Shown here one piece after another: positions 11,840-23,609 of a stretch of 64,000 nt of DNA. The stretch comes from Symbiopectobacterium sp. (GTDB taxonomy: Bacteria > Pseudomonadota > Gammaproteobacteria > Enterobacterales > Enterobacteriaceae). Below the pieces are notes generated by a model. The model ran no database searches. It was not told the DNA's origin and was given only the letters and a program-made list of their open reading frames with translations. Numbering within the stretch: the first letter of the stretch is position 1; each line of letters starts with the position of its first letter. The stretch covers positions 8,994-72,993 of the forward strand of contig JBPESR010000007.1 in the NCBI GenBank assembly GCA_051710525.1, in the 5' to 3' direction. Both the position numbers and the translations under genes were made by a program.

Positions 11840-13530
11840 TATCGCTGGTGTGATGATATCGGGTCTCTGGCGTATCAGTTATTGGGTGATTAACGGAGCA
11901 TTTTTGCTTCCCGTGGGGATCGTCTTTGCGCCGGCATTTTGGCCCTAGGTTGGCGGCAGCTAACACTGTGGCAGCAGGGGATGCCGCTTTATCTGCTGCA
12001 TACGACGATTCTGGTCTGTGGTACGGTGTGCTGAGCCTGCTGATCGGGTTGCCTGCTGCTTGGGTCATGGCCTATTACCGTTTTCCCAGCAAACGCGGTG
12101 TTGCCTGGGCCTTGTACTTGCTGCTGGACATGCCCGCCTTTTTGTTGATGGCTGATTTTTATGCCGATATGTTGGGACAACATGGCGTGCTGTGGGACCT
12201 GTTGGATTTTCCTGTTCTCAGTGAGGAAAGTGCGCACACCTGAACGCTGTTGGGCGCTGGCGTCGTGCTGGCGCTGGCCTTTTACCCTTATGTTTATCTG
12301 CCGGTGTGTCATGCTGAAATCCCAACCTCCGAATTGGTTACAGGCCGCGCAGTTACTCAAACTAACGTCGCGCCAGGTATTCTGGCGTTTGTCTTTCCCG
12401 CTGGTGCGCCCGGTTATCGGAATGGGTGCCATGCTGGTGGCCGTTGAGGCCTTGAATGGTTATGGTAACGCGCGCTTGCTGGTACTGCCTACACCTGGTA
12501 CTGCCTACACCTGGTACTGCCTAACACCTGGTACTGCCTAAACCGACAACGCGTTTGATCGATGCTGGCGTGTTGCAAGGTGATACTCAGGCTGTCGCCC
12601 ATTGTACGCTCTCTCTGTTGCCTTTTGTTGTGCTGCTTACCTGGCTTGGCCTGCGTTTTGCCCGCCAGTAACAGTAACGGGAAATACCTTTCCGGGGATC
12701 GCAGATAGCATCGTCAAGCCGGTGCTGACGGCCGGTATGGCGCGATTGGTCACTCTGATATGCTGAGGGCTGGCTCTGTTGGCTTTCGGTTTGCCGCTCG
12801 GTAGCTTGCTGTATTGGCAATTAGCGAATATCCGCGACGGCTGGAGCGCAACGTTACTCGACGCGTTGTTGAACAGTCTGACCATGGTATCGCTGGCTGC
12901 CATTATTCTGTGCCCGATGATTATTCCTTTTCTGCTGCTTATTTGTCTGGCGGGATTACGTACCGGACGCGTTTCTTTTGCTCTGGCGCAGAGGGGCTAT
13001 GTGTTTCCGGCGGGGCGCTGGTGACGGGCATTGCCATTCCAATGATTGCACTGGATAACGTGCTTGGTTCTCTGGCTATGCTGGCGGAGATACCGTTTGT
13101 ACCCCCGCTGTTTTCCAGCGTCTGGTTGATCATGGGGCTGGTTTACTGAGCCAAATTCAGCTATTTTGTGCTGGAGCTGCTCAGTATACGTATGGCGAGC
13201 ATTCCAAACATTCTCGATCAGGCTAGCGCGATGGCTGGGCTCACGTTGATGGCTGGGCTCACGTTGTGGCAACGCGGAGCGCGCGTCTATTTTACGTTAC
13301 TGAAACCACAGGTGATGATGGGCGTGGTGATTCTGTTTTTCGAAGGCATGAAAGAGTTAAATGCCGCATTTTTATTCCGCACGTTCGGGTGGAATAACGT
13401 TGCCGACGTATGTTTTTCGTCTTGCTGCCGATAACCTGTTGCAGTGGGGGCGCTGCTAGCGCTGTGTTTAGTGCTGATTGGCGGTGTGCCGATATTGTGG
13501 TTTCAATGGCTTTGGATGGGAAATAATCGA
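11840..13530 (+). pseudogene. Fe3+/polyamine-type ABC transporter permease (FbpB/SfuB-like), fragmented
   Basis: Multi-TM fragments (LALAFYPYVYL, FWRLSFPLVRP, MKELNAAFLFR); adjacent ATPase; boundaries approximate. Confidence 0.65.
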
Positions 13531-14703
13531 TAACGCCCACAACGGTTTTGGCGGTGCAAAGTGCATCTTGTCATCTTAGGCAGCAGCCCGTGCTGGAAGC
13601 GGTAACCTTTTTAGTGTGCGAGAAGGAACTCATTTGCGTATTGGGTCCTCACGACAGCGGCAAGACCACGCTGTTGCAAGCGATCGCAGGCTAGTTGCCG
13701 GTGGCAAAAGGGGAGATAGCGCTTGTCGGTGAGCGCATGAGCACCCTGATGATATCTGTTCCCGCGCATCAGCGTCCTGTTGGGTTGGTGTTTCAAGACT
13801 ATGCCCTATTCCCGCATTTGACCTGGCAGGAGCATCTTCCCGCATTTGACTGGGCAGGAGCATCTGGCTTTTGCCTGCCCGGTTCCCATGACGCAAGAAG
13901 AATATAACGTGTTGTAACTCTTTTTTCTCTAAAAATGCGGTGCAGGAGATGCTGACGCTATTGGGATTGACCGAGTACGCGGCGCGCTATCCTCGAAGCT
14001 CTCTGCCGAGCAGCAACTGCGCGTGGCGTTGGGGCGCGCGTTATTGTGTAAGCCGCGCCTGTTGTTGCTGGATGTGCCGTTCCCCGCCATGGATAGCCAG
14101 CAGCGCGACCGGCTGATTGCGGAAATTCGCGACTTGCTCAAACAGCGTCAGATTGCTGCCATTCTTGCGACGGTCAGCCGCGAAGAAGCGTTTGCCTGGT
14201 CAGATCATGTGGTGTTATTGCATGAAGGCAAGGTGATACAGCAAGGCAATCCTTATGAACTCTATTATCGACCCGTTCAGCGCGCGGTGGCTGATTTTCT
14301 GGGCAACACCAACTATCTGCCGATTATCGTGCTGAGCGAACATTAGTGGCAAAGCCTAATGAGGGATTTTCATGCCAACCATCCGCTTGGTTTCCCTATT
14401 GGCAGCCAGTGCGATTGGCTGGTGCGGCCGCAAGAAATTGTGCTGGCTCTCGATCCGGATGGCGCAGCGCTGATTGAAGATCGCGTGTTTCTGGGAACCT
14501 CAAACATGTACCTGATTCGGCTGGCGGAACGCGTGCTGATGGTACAAAGCAGTAACTGGTTTGAGCCGGGGCAACAGGTCAGGATCAGTATCCGACCCGA
14601 TCAGCCCATTTTTTCCCCGCGTTGCAGCTTGATCCCATCGCTGAAGAGAATGCGTCTTGAGTGGCTATTTGTCGGCTTTGCTCACCTCCGCCGATGGTGT
14701 TAG
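13500..14703 (+). pseudogene. ABC transporter ATPase (FbpC/PotA-like), fragmented
   Basis: GPHDSGKTTLL, VGLVFQDYALFPHLT, ALGRALLCKPRLLLLD; internal stops. Confidence 0.8.
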
Positions 14704-15260
14704 CAGCTCGCGAATCATCACTCTCACTTCATAGTTTTTGTTCTCAGCCTGCGGGGCATTGGCAATCAGCTTACCAAACGCTTCTGCGGACTGGTGGGTT
14801 TGCGGTTTGCATCGATGCCTCGTAAAGCGGTGGTACAGACGGCGGAGGCGGGAGCTCGCCTTTGGCAAAGTGAGGGGCACTGATAGGAAGTGGCCGTGGT
14901 GTGTCTGGTGCGGCTTGCGCTATCCAAGAGAGCCCTAACAGCAGGGCAAACAAAAGAGTAGGGTGCGGGTGCGTTATGTTCATAAAAGACCTTTCTCGCT
15001 GGTTCATTCAGGCCTTATCAAAGCCGCTCTGGCAGGAGGGCCAATGCGTTTTACCCAGTTTTATGCTGCGATAACGCTTCACTTACACTCCTGTCATTTT
15101 GTGATCGTCTGGCAATGCGAGGCGCATAAGCCTTTTTCTGTTTCATTGAGAACCCTGTGCTGTGGCGTTATACTGCGCGCCTCAAAGAGACCGTGAACAG
15201 GCTGCGAATAAGCGGCGTAGCCTGTGGTATTGCCCCTTTTTAAAACGAGTGATGTGTATG

Positions 15261-15812
15261 ATGAAACATACTGTGGACGTCATGATTGCCGAAGAGGACG
15301 TTCGCGCGCGCGTGAGCGCATTAGGTCAAGAAATCAGCCAGCACTATCGTGGCAGTGACAGCGATCTGGTGTTAGTCGGGCTACTGCGCGGTTCATTTGT
15401 TTTCATGGCCGATTTATGCCGTGCTATCGATGTCTCCCACGAAGTGGACTTTATGACGGCATCCAGCTACGGCAACGGTACCAGCTCTACGCGAGACGTC
15501 AAGATCCTCAAAGATCTGGATGAAGACATCCGTGGTAAACATGTGCTGATCTTGGAAGACATCATCGATTCCGGCAACACTCTGAGCAAAGTACGCGAAA
15601 TTCTGCGTCCGCGTGAGCCTGCGTCGCTGGCGATCTGTACGCTGCTGGATAAGCCGGAGCGTCGGGAAGTGGACGTGAAAGTTCAGTGGGTCGGTTTTTC
15701 TATTCCTGACGAATTTGTAGTGGGATACGGCATCGACTACGCACAGCACTATCGGCATTTACCTTATATTGGCAAGGTAATTCAGCAGGATAAGTGGTCG
15801 CGCCAGATATAG
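15261..15812 (+). CDS. hpt: Hypoxanthine phosphoribosyltransferase
   Basis: [31 protein letters not shown]; short aberrant C-terminal tail. Confidence 0.95.
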   Translation: MKHTVDVMIAEEDVRARVSALGQEISQHYRGSDSDLVLVGLLRGSFVFMADLCRAIDVSHEVDFMTASSYGNGTSSTRDVKILKDLDEDIRGKHVLILEDIIDSGNTLSKVREILRPREPASLAICTLLDKPERREVDVKVQWVGFSIPDEFVVGYGIDYAQHYRHLPYIGKVIQQDKWSRQI

Positions 15813-15831
15813 GGGCACATAAGGTGCCCCT
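15811..15831. terminator. Hairpin between convergent hpt and can
   Basis: aggggcac-ataag-gtgcccct perfect 8-bp stem. Confidence 0.6.
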
Positions 15832-15837
15832 GTAAAA

Positions 15838-16533
15838 TTAGATCAGGGAAGAGATGGCACGGCGATAGCGCTATTCCAGCGTTTCGCGGCTAGTCGCGGT
15901 AACTTCTAGATCACTTAACAAACCGTCCTTGATGCCATACACCCAACCGTGAATCGTGACCTTTTGGCCGCGTTTCCAGGCGGATTGCATGGTGTTTCCA
16001 GGCGGATTGCATGGTGGTGGAGTGCCCAAGTTGTAACACTTGTTCTACAACATTGATTTAACATAGTTTATTAAAGCGTTCTTCGGGCGGCAATTCTCCC
16101 AACAGCGACTTATGCTTGTACCATAAGCACGGATGTGCTGCAGCTAGTACCATAATTCACGGATGTGCTGCAGCTAGTTGTTGATAAGCCCCAATTCAGG
16201 GTTTTCTACCGCCGCCTGCATGCCGCCGCAACCGTAATGCCCACAAATGATGATGTGTTCGACTTCGAGCACTTCAACGGCATACTGCACCATGGAAAGG
16301 AAGTTTAAATCGGTATGGATAACCAGGTTTGCCACATTGTGGTGAACGAACAGTTCGCCGGGCGCAAGGCTGGTCAGGCTTTCAGCGGGTACGCGACTGT
16401 CAGAGCAGCCAATCCACAAAAAAAAACGGGGTTTTTATGCCAACGCTAGACGTTCAAAATAACCCGGAGCTTCTTTAACCATGGTGTTGGACCAACACTG
16501 GTTGTTGGCGATGAGCGTTTCAATATCTTTCAT
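15838..16533 (-). pseudogene. can: Beta carbonic anhydrase
   Basis: [24 protein letters not shown]; frameshifts and duplications at 15972-16015 and 16118-16176. Confidence 0.92.
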
Positions 16534-16649
16534 GAAAGTAAATGGCCTGTGACAAAAAAACAGTGAAAGGTAATATAATATAAGGCAAGCGTGAATGTTT
16601 TAAAATCGAAACAGAGTCACTCATTGATAATAGGGCTAGTTAACTTGTT

Positions 16650-17603
16650 ATGACATATGCACTGGAACTGGAGAAACTGACCAAAACGTACCCAGGGGGC
16701 ATCAAGGCAGTGCGCGGTATCGATCTGCGCGTGGAGGCTGGAGATTTTTATGCGCTACTGGGACCGAACGGCGCAGGGAAATCGACCACAATAGGTATCA
16801 TCAGCTCAATGATAAACAAATCTTCCGGTAAGGTGCGCGTTTTCGGCTACGATTTGGAGCGCGATATCGTTAACGTCAAGCGCCAACTCGGGCTTGTGTC
16901 TCAAGAGTTTAACTTCAATCCGTTTGAAACGGTACTGCAAATCGTTACCCATCAGGCGGGGTACTATGGCGTGTCGCGCCAAGATGCCCTGCAACGGGCG
17001 GAGAAATACCTCAAGCAGCTCGATCTGTGGGAAAAGCGTCAGGAAAAGGCACGCATGCTTTCCGGTGGGATGAAGCGCCGTTTGATGATTGCGCGCGCCC
17101 TGATGCATGAACCCAAACTGTTGATCCTCGATGAGCCAACCGCCGGTGTGGATATCGAACTGCGTCGTTCCATGTGGGGGTTTCTCAAGGCGATGAACGC
17201 ACAGGGCACCACCATCATTCTCACCACGCACTACCTGGAAGAAGCGGAAATGCTGTGCTGCAATATCGGCATTATTCAGCATGGTGAATTGGTGGAAAAC
17301 ACCTCGATAAAGGCATTACTCGCCAACGTGCAATCGGAAACCTTTATTCTCGATCTCGCGCCGAAAAGCCCGCTGCCCAAGCTGGAGGGGTATACTCACC
17401 GTCTGACAGATACTTCAACGCTGGAAGTGGACGTGATGCGTGAGCAGGGACTCAATGGCGTTTTTAGCCAATTAAGCACGCAAGGGATTCAAATATTGAG
17501 TATGCGTAACAAGGCGAACCGTCTGGAAGAGCTGTTCGTCTCCATGGTTAACGGTGAAAGCATGAAGCATGTGAAGGCCTGCGTGGAGGCAAAAAAAGCA
17601 TGA
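16650..17603 (+). CDS. yadG: ABC transporter ATP-binding protein
   Basis: GPNGAGKST, LSGGMKRR, LLILDEP; synteny. Confidence 0.92.
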   Translation: MTYALELEKLTKTYPGGIKAVRGIDLRVEAGDFYALLGPNGAGKSTTIGIISSMINKSSGKVRVFGYDLERDIVNVKRQLGLVSQEFNFNPFETVLQIVTHQAGYYGVSRQDALQRAEKYLKQLDLWEKRQEKARMLSGGMKRRLMIARALMHEPKLLILDEPTAGVDIELRRSMWGFLKAMNAQGTTIILTTHYLEEAEMLCCNIGIIQHGELVENTSIKALLANVQSETFILDLAPKSPLPKLEGYTHRLTDTSTLEVDVMREQGLNGVFSQLSTQGIQILSMRNKANRLEELFVSMVNGESMKHVKACVEAKKA

Positions 17604-18370
17604 CGCAGTCATATTGGGTCGCCCTGAAAAGTATCTGGACCAAAGAGATCAACCGCTTCAGCCGCATCTGGATACAAACACTGGTGCAGCCAGTGATCAC
17701 CATGACGCTCTATTTCATTATCTTCGGTAGCCTGATTGGCTCCCGTATCGGTAAAATGCACGGTTTCAACTACATGCAGTTTATCGTGCCTGGGCTCATC
17801 ATGATGTCGGTGATCACCAACGCCTATGCCAACGTTGCAGCGTCTTTCTTCAGCGCCAAATTTCAGCGCAATATTGAAGAACTGCTGGTAGCGCCCGTTC
17901 CGACACACATCATTATTGCTGGTTACGTGGGGGGCGGTGTAATCCGCGGCGTGTGTGTCGGTGTGTTAGTCACGGCGGTTGCGCTGTTTTTTGTTCCGTT
18001 GCATGTGCATGCCTGGTGGATGGTGGTGGCTACGTTACTGCTGACGGCGGTACTGTTCTCGCTGGCCGGATTACTGAATGCGGTATTTGCCAAAACTTTT
18101 GATGACATCAGCCTTATCCCGACGTTTCTGCTGACGCCGTTAACCTACCTTGGCGGCGTGTTTTATTCGCTGACGCTGCTGCCGCCATTCTGGCAAGCGG
18201 TGTCCAAGCTTAATCCCATGGTGTACATGATAAGCGGCTTCCGCTACGGCTTTCTCGGCATTCAGGATGTACCGCTGGCTTTCACCATGGCGATGTTGCT
18301 GGTGTTTATTCTGGTGTTTTACGTGCTGGCGTGGTGGCTGATCGAACGTGGGAGCGGTCTGCGAAGTTAA
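17600..18370 (+). CDS. yadH: ABC-2 permease
   Basis: 256 aa, RIWIQTLVQPVITMTLYF; synteny. Confidence 0.92.
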   Translation: MTQSYWVALKSIWTKEINRFSRIWIQTLVQPVITMTLYFIIFGSLIGSRIGKMHGFNYMQFIVPGLIMMSVITNAYANVAASFFSAKFQRNIEELLVAPVPTHIIIAGYVGGGVIRGVCVGVLVTAVALFFVPLHVHAWWMVVATLLLTAVLFSLAGLLNAVFAKTFDDISLIPTFLLTPLTYLGGVFYSLTLLPPFWQAVSKLNPMVYMISGFRYGFLGIQDVPLAFTMAMLLVFILVFYVLAWWLIERGSGLRS

Positions 18371-18402
18371 GAGAAAACAGGGCCATTATGGCCCAGTTGC
18401 TT

Positions 18403-18779
18403 TTAGGCGATCTGAACCGGAATCGCCTTTGCCTGGCGCGATATCACGTTATCACCAGAGAAATAGGCGACTTTCGGGTGATGCGTGCGCGCTTCTTCGT
18501 CTGACATCTGTACATAGGAGCAGATGATCAGTTTGTCGCCGACGCAGGCGCAGCGTGCCGCCGCCCTATTGACAGAAATAATGCGTGATCCTCTTTCTGC
18601 CGCAATGGGGTAGAGAAACGCGCCCCGTTATCCACGTTGTAGATATCGATGGCTTCGTATTCCAGAATGCCAGCTGCATCCATGAAAGCCTGATCGATGG
18701 CGCAAGAACCTTCATAGTGGAGATCTACATGAGTGACTTTTACCTGGTGCAGCTTACCATGTAGCATGGTGCGTATCAC
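18403..18779 (-). pseudogene. panD: Aspartate 1-decarboxylase, frameshifted
   Basis: [11 protein letters not shown]...YEGSCAID...RFST, then a frameshift (apparent 4-bp loss); remainder to KAIPVQIA-stop in another frame. Confidence 0.9.
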
Positions 18780-18813
18780 TGTCGGTTACCTCGGTTAATG
18801 TCTATCATGCCAG

Positions 18814-19668
18814 TCAATCGACCAGAACGACCTGCTGATTATCAATCAAGCGGGCCTTACCCAGCCAGGCTGCCATCAATACCACTGCGCGCGTGCTGGC
18901 CACGGTCAGTTCTTGCAGAGTATCCGCATCGCGAATGTAGAGCTCATCGGGAGTGAACCCGGCTTCGCGTAACGCTTCTGCGGCGCTGGTTACTATTTCC
19001 TTAAGCTGTCGATCGCCGTTGCTGAGTTTATCTACCATCTGATCCATGATGCGTTTTAGCGCGGGCGCAGACTGGCGCTCTTCCGGGCTAAGATAACCGT
19101 TGCGCGAGCTGAGTGCCAGCCCGTCCGGTGCACGGACAATCGGCACACCGACGATATCAATGTCGTAGCCCATGTCGCGCCCCATTTGGCGAATCAGCGC
19201 TAACTGCTGGTAATCCTTTTCACCAAAGCAGGCGATATCGGGTTGTACCATGTTAAACAGCTTGCTGACAATGGTGGCCACACCGTGAAAATGTCCCGGA
19301 CGGCTGGCGCCTTCCAGCATGGTAGACAACCCCGGCACCTCGACAAACGTTTGCTGGCCCAGTCCATGCGGATAGACTGTCTCTGGTGACGGTGCAAACA
19401 CCAGATCCACGTTACGGCGGGTTAACTTTTCGCAATCCTCTTGCAAGGTGCGTGGATAACATTGCAGATCGTCGGGTTTATCGAACTGCATCGGGTTGAC
19501 GAAAATGGAGACGATAACAATATCGGCGCGTGCCCGCGCCTTGTCTACCAGCGTCATGTGTCCGTCATGCAGATTGCCCATGGTAGGCACCAATGCAATG
19601 CGTTTCCCCTCTTGACGCCAGCAGCGAATCTCACGGCGTAATAGTAAAGGGGTTTCAAGAATCAACAC
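18814..19668 (-). CDS. panC: Pantothenate synthetase
   Basis: [27 protein letters not shown]; 284 aa. Confidence 0.97.
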   Translation of the reverse strand: MLILETPLLLRREIRCWRQEGKRIALVPTMGNLHDGHMTLVDKARARADIVIVSIFVNPMQFDKPDDLQCYPRTLQEDCEKLTRRNVDLVFAPSPETVYPHGLGQQTFVEVPGLSTMLEGASRPGHFHGVATIVSKLFNMVQPDIACFGEKDYQQLALIRQMGRDMGYDIDIVGVPIVRAPDGLALSSRNGYLSPEERQSAPALKRIMDQMVDKLSNGDRQLKEIVTSAAEALREAGFTPDELYIRDADTLQELTVASTRAVVLMAAWLGKARLIDNQQVVLVD

Positions 19669-19728
19669 GGTCTTGCTCCTTTGTACGTACTCACCATTAT
19701 CAATACTTGCTGTGGTAAAGGGTTTAGA

Positions 19729-20523
19729 TTAACGGAACGCATGTTCCTCGGCAGGGTAAAGTCCCTGTTCAACTTCCTGCACATAAAGACGCGCGGCGGC
19801 GGGGATGTCGGCGCTTTGTGCTAAAAAGTTTTTAGCAAATTTTTGGGTGTTCTCGCCGGTGATGCCGAACGCATCGTGCATCACCAGAATTTGACCATCG
19901 GTGACGTTACCTGCACCAATGCCAATAACCGGGATCGACAATGCCTCGGTGACACGTTGCGCCAGCGGAACCGGCACGCATTCCAGCATCAACAGTTGGG
20001 CTCCCGCAGCCTCCAGCGCTAACGCATCATCCAGTAATTGCGCCGCGGCGGCCTCATCGCGGCTCTGTACCTTGTAGCCACCGAAAATATTCACCGATTG
20101 CGGCGTCAATCCCAGATGGCCGCACACCGGTACCGCGCGCTCGGTCAGCATCTTCACTGTGGGGGCAAGCCATTGGCCGCCTTCCAGTTTTACCGTGTTG
20201 GCACCGGCGCGCATCACTTCAGCCGCATTCGTAAACGTTTGCTCTGGCGTGGTATAAGCCATAAACGGCAGGTCGGCAAGCAGCAGGCACAGCGGCGCAC
20301 CGCGCCGTACACAGCGGGTGTGATAGGCAATGTCACTGACGGTCACTGGCAGCGTGGAATCATGGCCTTGTAACGTCATGCCCAGTGAATCACCCACCAG
20401 CATCACGCGAATGCCATTGTCGTAGAATAAGCGGGCAAAACTGGCATCATAGGCGGTAATGGTCGCGAATTTACGCTTCTCCTGCTTACATTTGCGTAGG
20501 TAGGTCAGGGTTGTCGGTTTCAT
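19729..20523 (-). CDS. panB: Ketopantoate hydroxymethyltransferase
   Basis: [22 protein letters not shown]; 264 aa. Confidence 0.97.
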   Translation of the reverse strand: MKPTTLTYLRKCKQEKRKFATITAYDASFARLFYDNGIRVMLVGDSLGMTLQGHDSTLPVTVSDIAYHTRCVRRGAPLCLLLADLPFMAYTTPEQTFTNAAEVMRAGANTVKLEGGQWLAPTVKMLTERAVPVCGHLGLTPQSVNIFGGYKVQSRDEAAAAQLLDDALALEAAGAQLLMLECVPVPLAQRVTEALSIPVIGIGAGNVTDGQILVMHDAFGITGENTQKFAKNFLAQSADIPAAARLYVQEVEQGLYPAEEHAFR

Positions 20524-20621
20524 TAGCAGCCTCCCAGAATCTAAAAAGTCAGGAGAGCATCTTAAAGGAAGCCTGCCTTAAGGCATAGCCGTTGAAGGGG
20601 GGAAATGCGACTTGAGTGATA

Positions 20622-21113
20622 TCAGCTTTGCTCATCCCACAGCATCATGCCGTTGAGCGGCACGGCGGACAAGCGCAATGCTAGCGCTTCACCATCAGGA
20701 AAGTGCAAATCCGGGGCGATATCGGCCAGCGGATACAGCATGAATTCCCGGTTTTTCATGTCGTAATGAGGCACGGTTAAACGCGTGGTGTGCAAGGTTT
20801 CATTGCCATACAGCAGAATATCTAGATCCAGAGTGCGCGGCCCCCAACGGTGCGCTTTACGCTCGCGGGCATGCTGCTGTTCAATGGATTGGGTATGGTC
20901 GAGCAGAATTTCCGGCGCGAGTGTGGTGTCCAATGCCACCACCGCATTGAGATAGTTGGGCTGATCTTGCGGCCCCAATGGACGACTGCGATAAAACGGT
21001 GAGCAGCACAGCACGCGGGTGTACTGCACGGTATCCAGCGCCGCCAGAGCGGAGTTAACCTGCTGTAGCGGATGCGCCAGGTTGCTACCCAGCGCCAGAT
21101 AAACGCGTGTCAC
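20622..21113 (-). CDS. folK: HPPK (folate biosynthesis)
   Basis: [20 protein letters not shown]. Confidence 0.96.
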   Translation of the reverse strand: MTRVYLALGSNLAHPLQQVNSALAALDTVQYTRVLCCSPFYRSRPLGPQDQPNYLNAVVALDTTLAPEILLDHTQSIEQQHARERKAHRWGPRTLDLDILLYGNETLHTTRLTVPHYDMKNREFMLYPLADIAPDLHFPDGEALALRLSAVPLNGMMLWDEQS

Positions 21114-22513
21114 GAGATTCTTTCTCTGCGCGGTGCACTCGGCTTACAGCGTCGAGAATGGCGATGTGGCGTAGGGCTATCATCCAGTGTACTGATCATG
21201 GTTTGCTGGCGCGGCAGCGTGGCGACCTGGAATTCTCCCCACCATTGAGAGAGACGTTGCAGCTCTGGCTGACGCTCTATTTCGGCGCGCAGGCTCAACA
21301 AATCGTAGGCAGCACGGAATTTTGGATGCTCCATCAGCTTATAGGTGTGTTTGCCCTGACGCCGTGACAGGCGAAACTGCAACTGCCAGATATCACGCAC
21401 TAACGAGGTGATGCGTTTGGGAATGGCAAGAGAGCGGCACTGTTCGTCCAGAATGTCGTTCATGGCAAGGGCGAAGGAGTCGAAGTAGGTTAATTCACTC
21501 TCCTGTGCCAGTTTCTGTGCATTCTCGATCAACGGGTACCACAGCATGACGGCAAACAGAAACGCTGGATTAACGCGCATGTCATTTTGCAACCGTTGGT
21601 CGGTGTTCTTTAACACCAGTGCCAACATTTTTTCCAGATGGCTATTGCCGTTAGGCGTAAAGTGACGACTGATTAGCGGGAACAGTGGCTGAAACAGTCG
21701 GTATTCGCACATCAAACGGTACGTCGGGTAACCGTAGCCCGCTTGCAACAGCTTCAGGGATTCTTCAAACAGGCGTGCGGCTGGGATATCGTGCAGCAAT
21801 GTCGCCAGACGTGGAATCGGCTCGGCGGTTTCCGGGCTGATGGTCATGTTTAGTTTGGCGGCGAAACGCACGGCGCGCAGCATGCGTACCGGATCTTCCC
21901 GATAGCGGGTTTCGGAATCGCCAATCAACCGGATCACTCCCTGACGCAGATCGTTTAACCCGCCGGTGTAATCACGCACGCTGAAATCGGCGACGCTGTA
22001 ATAGAGGCTGTTAATGGAAAAATCGCGGCGTTGCGCATCTTCTTCAATGCTGCCGAAAATATTATCGCGTAACAGCATGCCGCTCTGTGCCTGCTGAGAA
22101 GTGGTTTTTAGCTGCTGCTCCTGATGTTGCTCGTGATGGCCGCGAAAGGTCGCTACTTCGATCACTTCAGGGCCAAATATCACGTGAGCAAGACGGAAAC
22201 GGCGGCCAACCAGGCGGCAATTGCGAAATAATTTACGCACTTGCTCCGGCGTTGCATTGGTAGTGATATCAAAATCTTTTGGCTTTTTCCCCAGTAGCAG
22301 ATCTCTGACGCCGCCGCCAACCAGATAGGCTTCATAGCCCGATTTGTTCAGGCGATGTAGTACATTCAGCGCATTTTCGCTGATATCACTGCGCGAAAGG
22401 TTATGCTGGTCGCGCGGAATCACGGTCATGTCCTGACGAACGGGCTCCGTGGTGGCCACGTCATTGTCGCGGCTGAGTACCTTGCGACAGAAATTAGCGA
22501 CTCGGATAAAGAT
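21110..22513 (-). CDS. pcnB: Poly(A) polymerase I; predicted non-AUG (ATC) start
   Basis: [36 protein letters not shown]; GAGGT RBS followed by ATC at 22513. Confidence 0.95.
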   Translation of the reverse strand: MFIRVANFCRKVLSRDNDVATTEPVRQDMTVIPRDQHNLSRSDISENALNVLHRLNKSGYEAYLVGGGVRDLLLGKKPKDFDITTNATPEQVRKLFRNCRLVGRRFRLAHVIFGPEVIEVATFRGHHEQHQEQQLKTTSQQAQSGMLLRDNIFGSIEEDAQRRDFSINSLYYSVADFSVRDYTGGLNDLRQGVIRLIGDSETRYREDPVRMLRAVRFAAKLNMTISPETAEPIPRLATLLHDIPAARLFEESLKLLQAGYGYPTYRLMCEYRLFQPLFPLISRHFTPNGNSHLEKMLALVLKNTDQRLQNDMRVNPAFLFAVMLWYPLIENAQKLAQESELTYFDSFALAMNDILDEQCRSLAIPKRITSLVRDIWQLQFRLSRRQGKHTYKLMEHPKFRAAYDLLSLRAEIERQPELQRLSQWWGEFQVATLPRQQTMISTLDDSPTPHRHSRRCKPSAPRRERIS

Positions 22514-22605
22514 GGTACACCTCGATAGTGATGAAAAAATAACGGTATAACAAAAATAGTGGCTAATCATAGCTCACCGCGCCACCTTTGAGAATGCTGA
22601 TGTTG

Positions 22606-23500
22606 CTAAGCCACCCAGATTAACGGAATTGACGTGAGCGACCAATGGCTAATGGCCCACTGTAAAAGGAGTGAAAATGCCATACTTTGCCAATGATCCG
22701 GCACTGGCTGATTAAGAAAGCGCAGCGCGCTTAACAACACCAGACGCGGATCGTCATCCGGTAGCGCTGGCGCGTGGTTCTGCTTGGAAAGCTTATTTCC
22801 CTGGGCGTTGAGCGCCAGCGGTAAATGGATGTAATCTGGCACCGGATAGCTTAGCTGTTGATAGAGCGCGATCTGCCGGACGGTAGAAGCGATCAGATCT
22901 GCGCCGCGCACGATTTCCGTTACCACTTGATCGTGGTCATCCACCACAACGGCAAGATTATAGGAGAATAATCCATCGCGGTGGTGAATGATAAAATTTT
23001 CCTGTGCCAGCGCCGGGTCGGCACACAACTCTCCGCACAGCCTGTCGTGAAAGTGCAACACCGGGTTATCTTGACGCAAACGGAGGGCTGCGTTGGTGGG
23101 GCCCAATTGGCGCGTACGGCAATGGCCATCATACTGCCTGCCCTGTGAATGAATGCGTTGGCGCGTGCAATCGCAGTAGTAGCACTGGTGGCGCGCTTTC
23201 AATGTGGCTAGCACTTCCAGATAACGAGCTTGCCGTTGGGCACTGATAAAGCACTGGGCCATCCCACAGCAAACCGTAGTGTTCCACACTGTGAAAGAAT
23301 GCGACTTGCCGTGCCAGCGACATGCGACTTGCCGTGCCAGCGACTTCGCTCGGCAGATCGATGTCTTCAATGCGCACCAGCCAGCGGCCACCATAGGCGC
23401 GTGCCTGTAGATAGCTGCCTGATGCAGCGATCAGAGAACCAAAATAATGAAGATTGCCGGAAGGCGATGGGGCAAAACGGCCGGTATAACGATGGGTATC
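22606..23500 (-). pseudogene. gluQ: Glutamyl-Q tRNA(Asp) synthetase
   Basis: [26 protein letters not shown]; frameshifts and a 23-bp duplication at 23299-23344. Confidence 0.9.
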
Positions 23501-23609
23501 AGGCACATAAGGGTGAAAATGCCTGCACGTCATCTCCAGGCACAGAATGCGGGAGATGACGTGCAGGCAAAAACGTAAAGCGGAACAGCTTTTCCGCCCT
23601 ACAGTGGGA

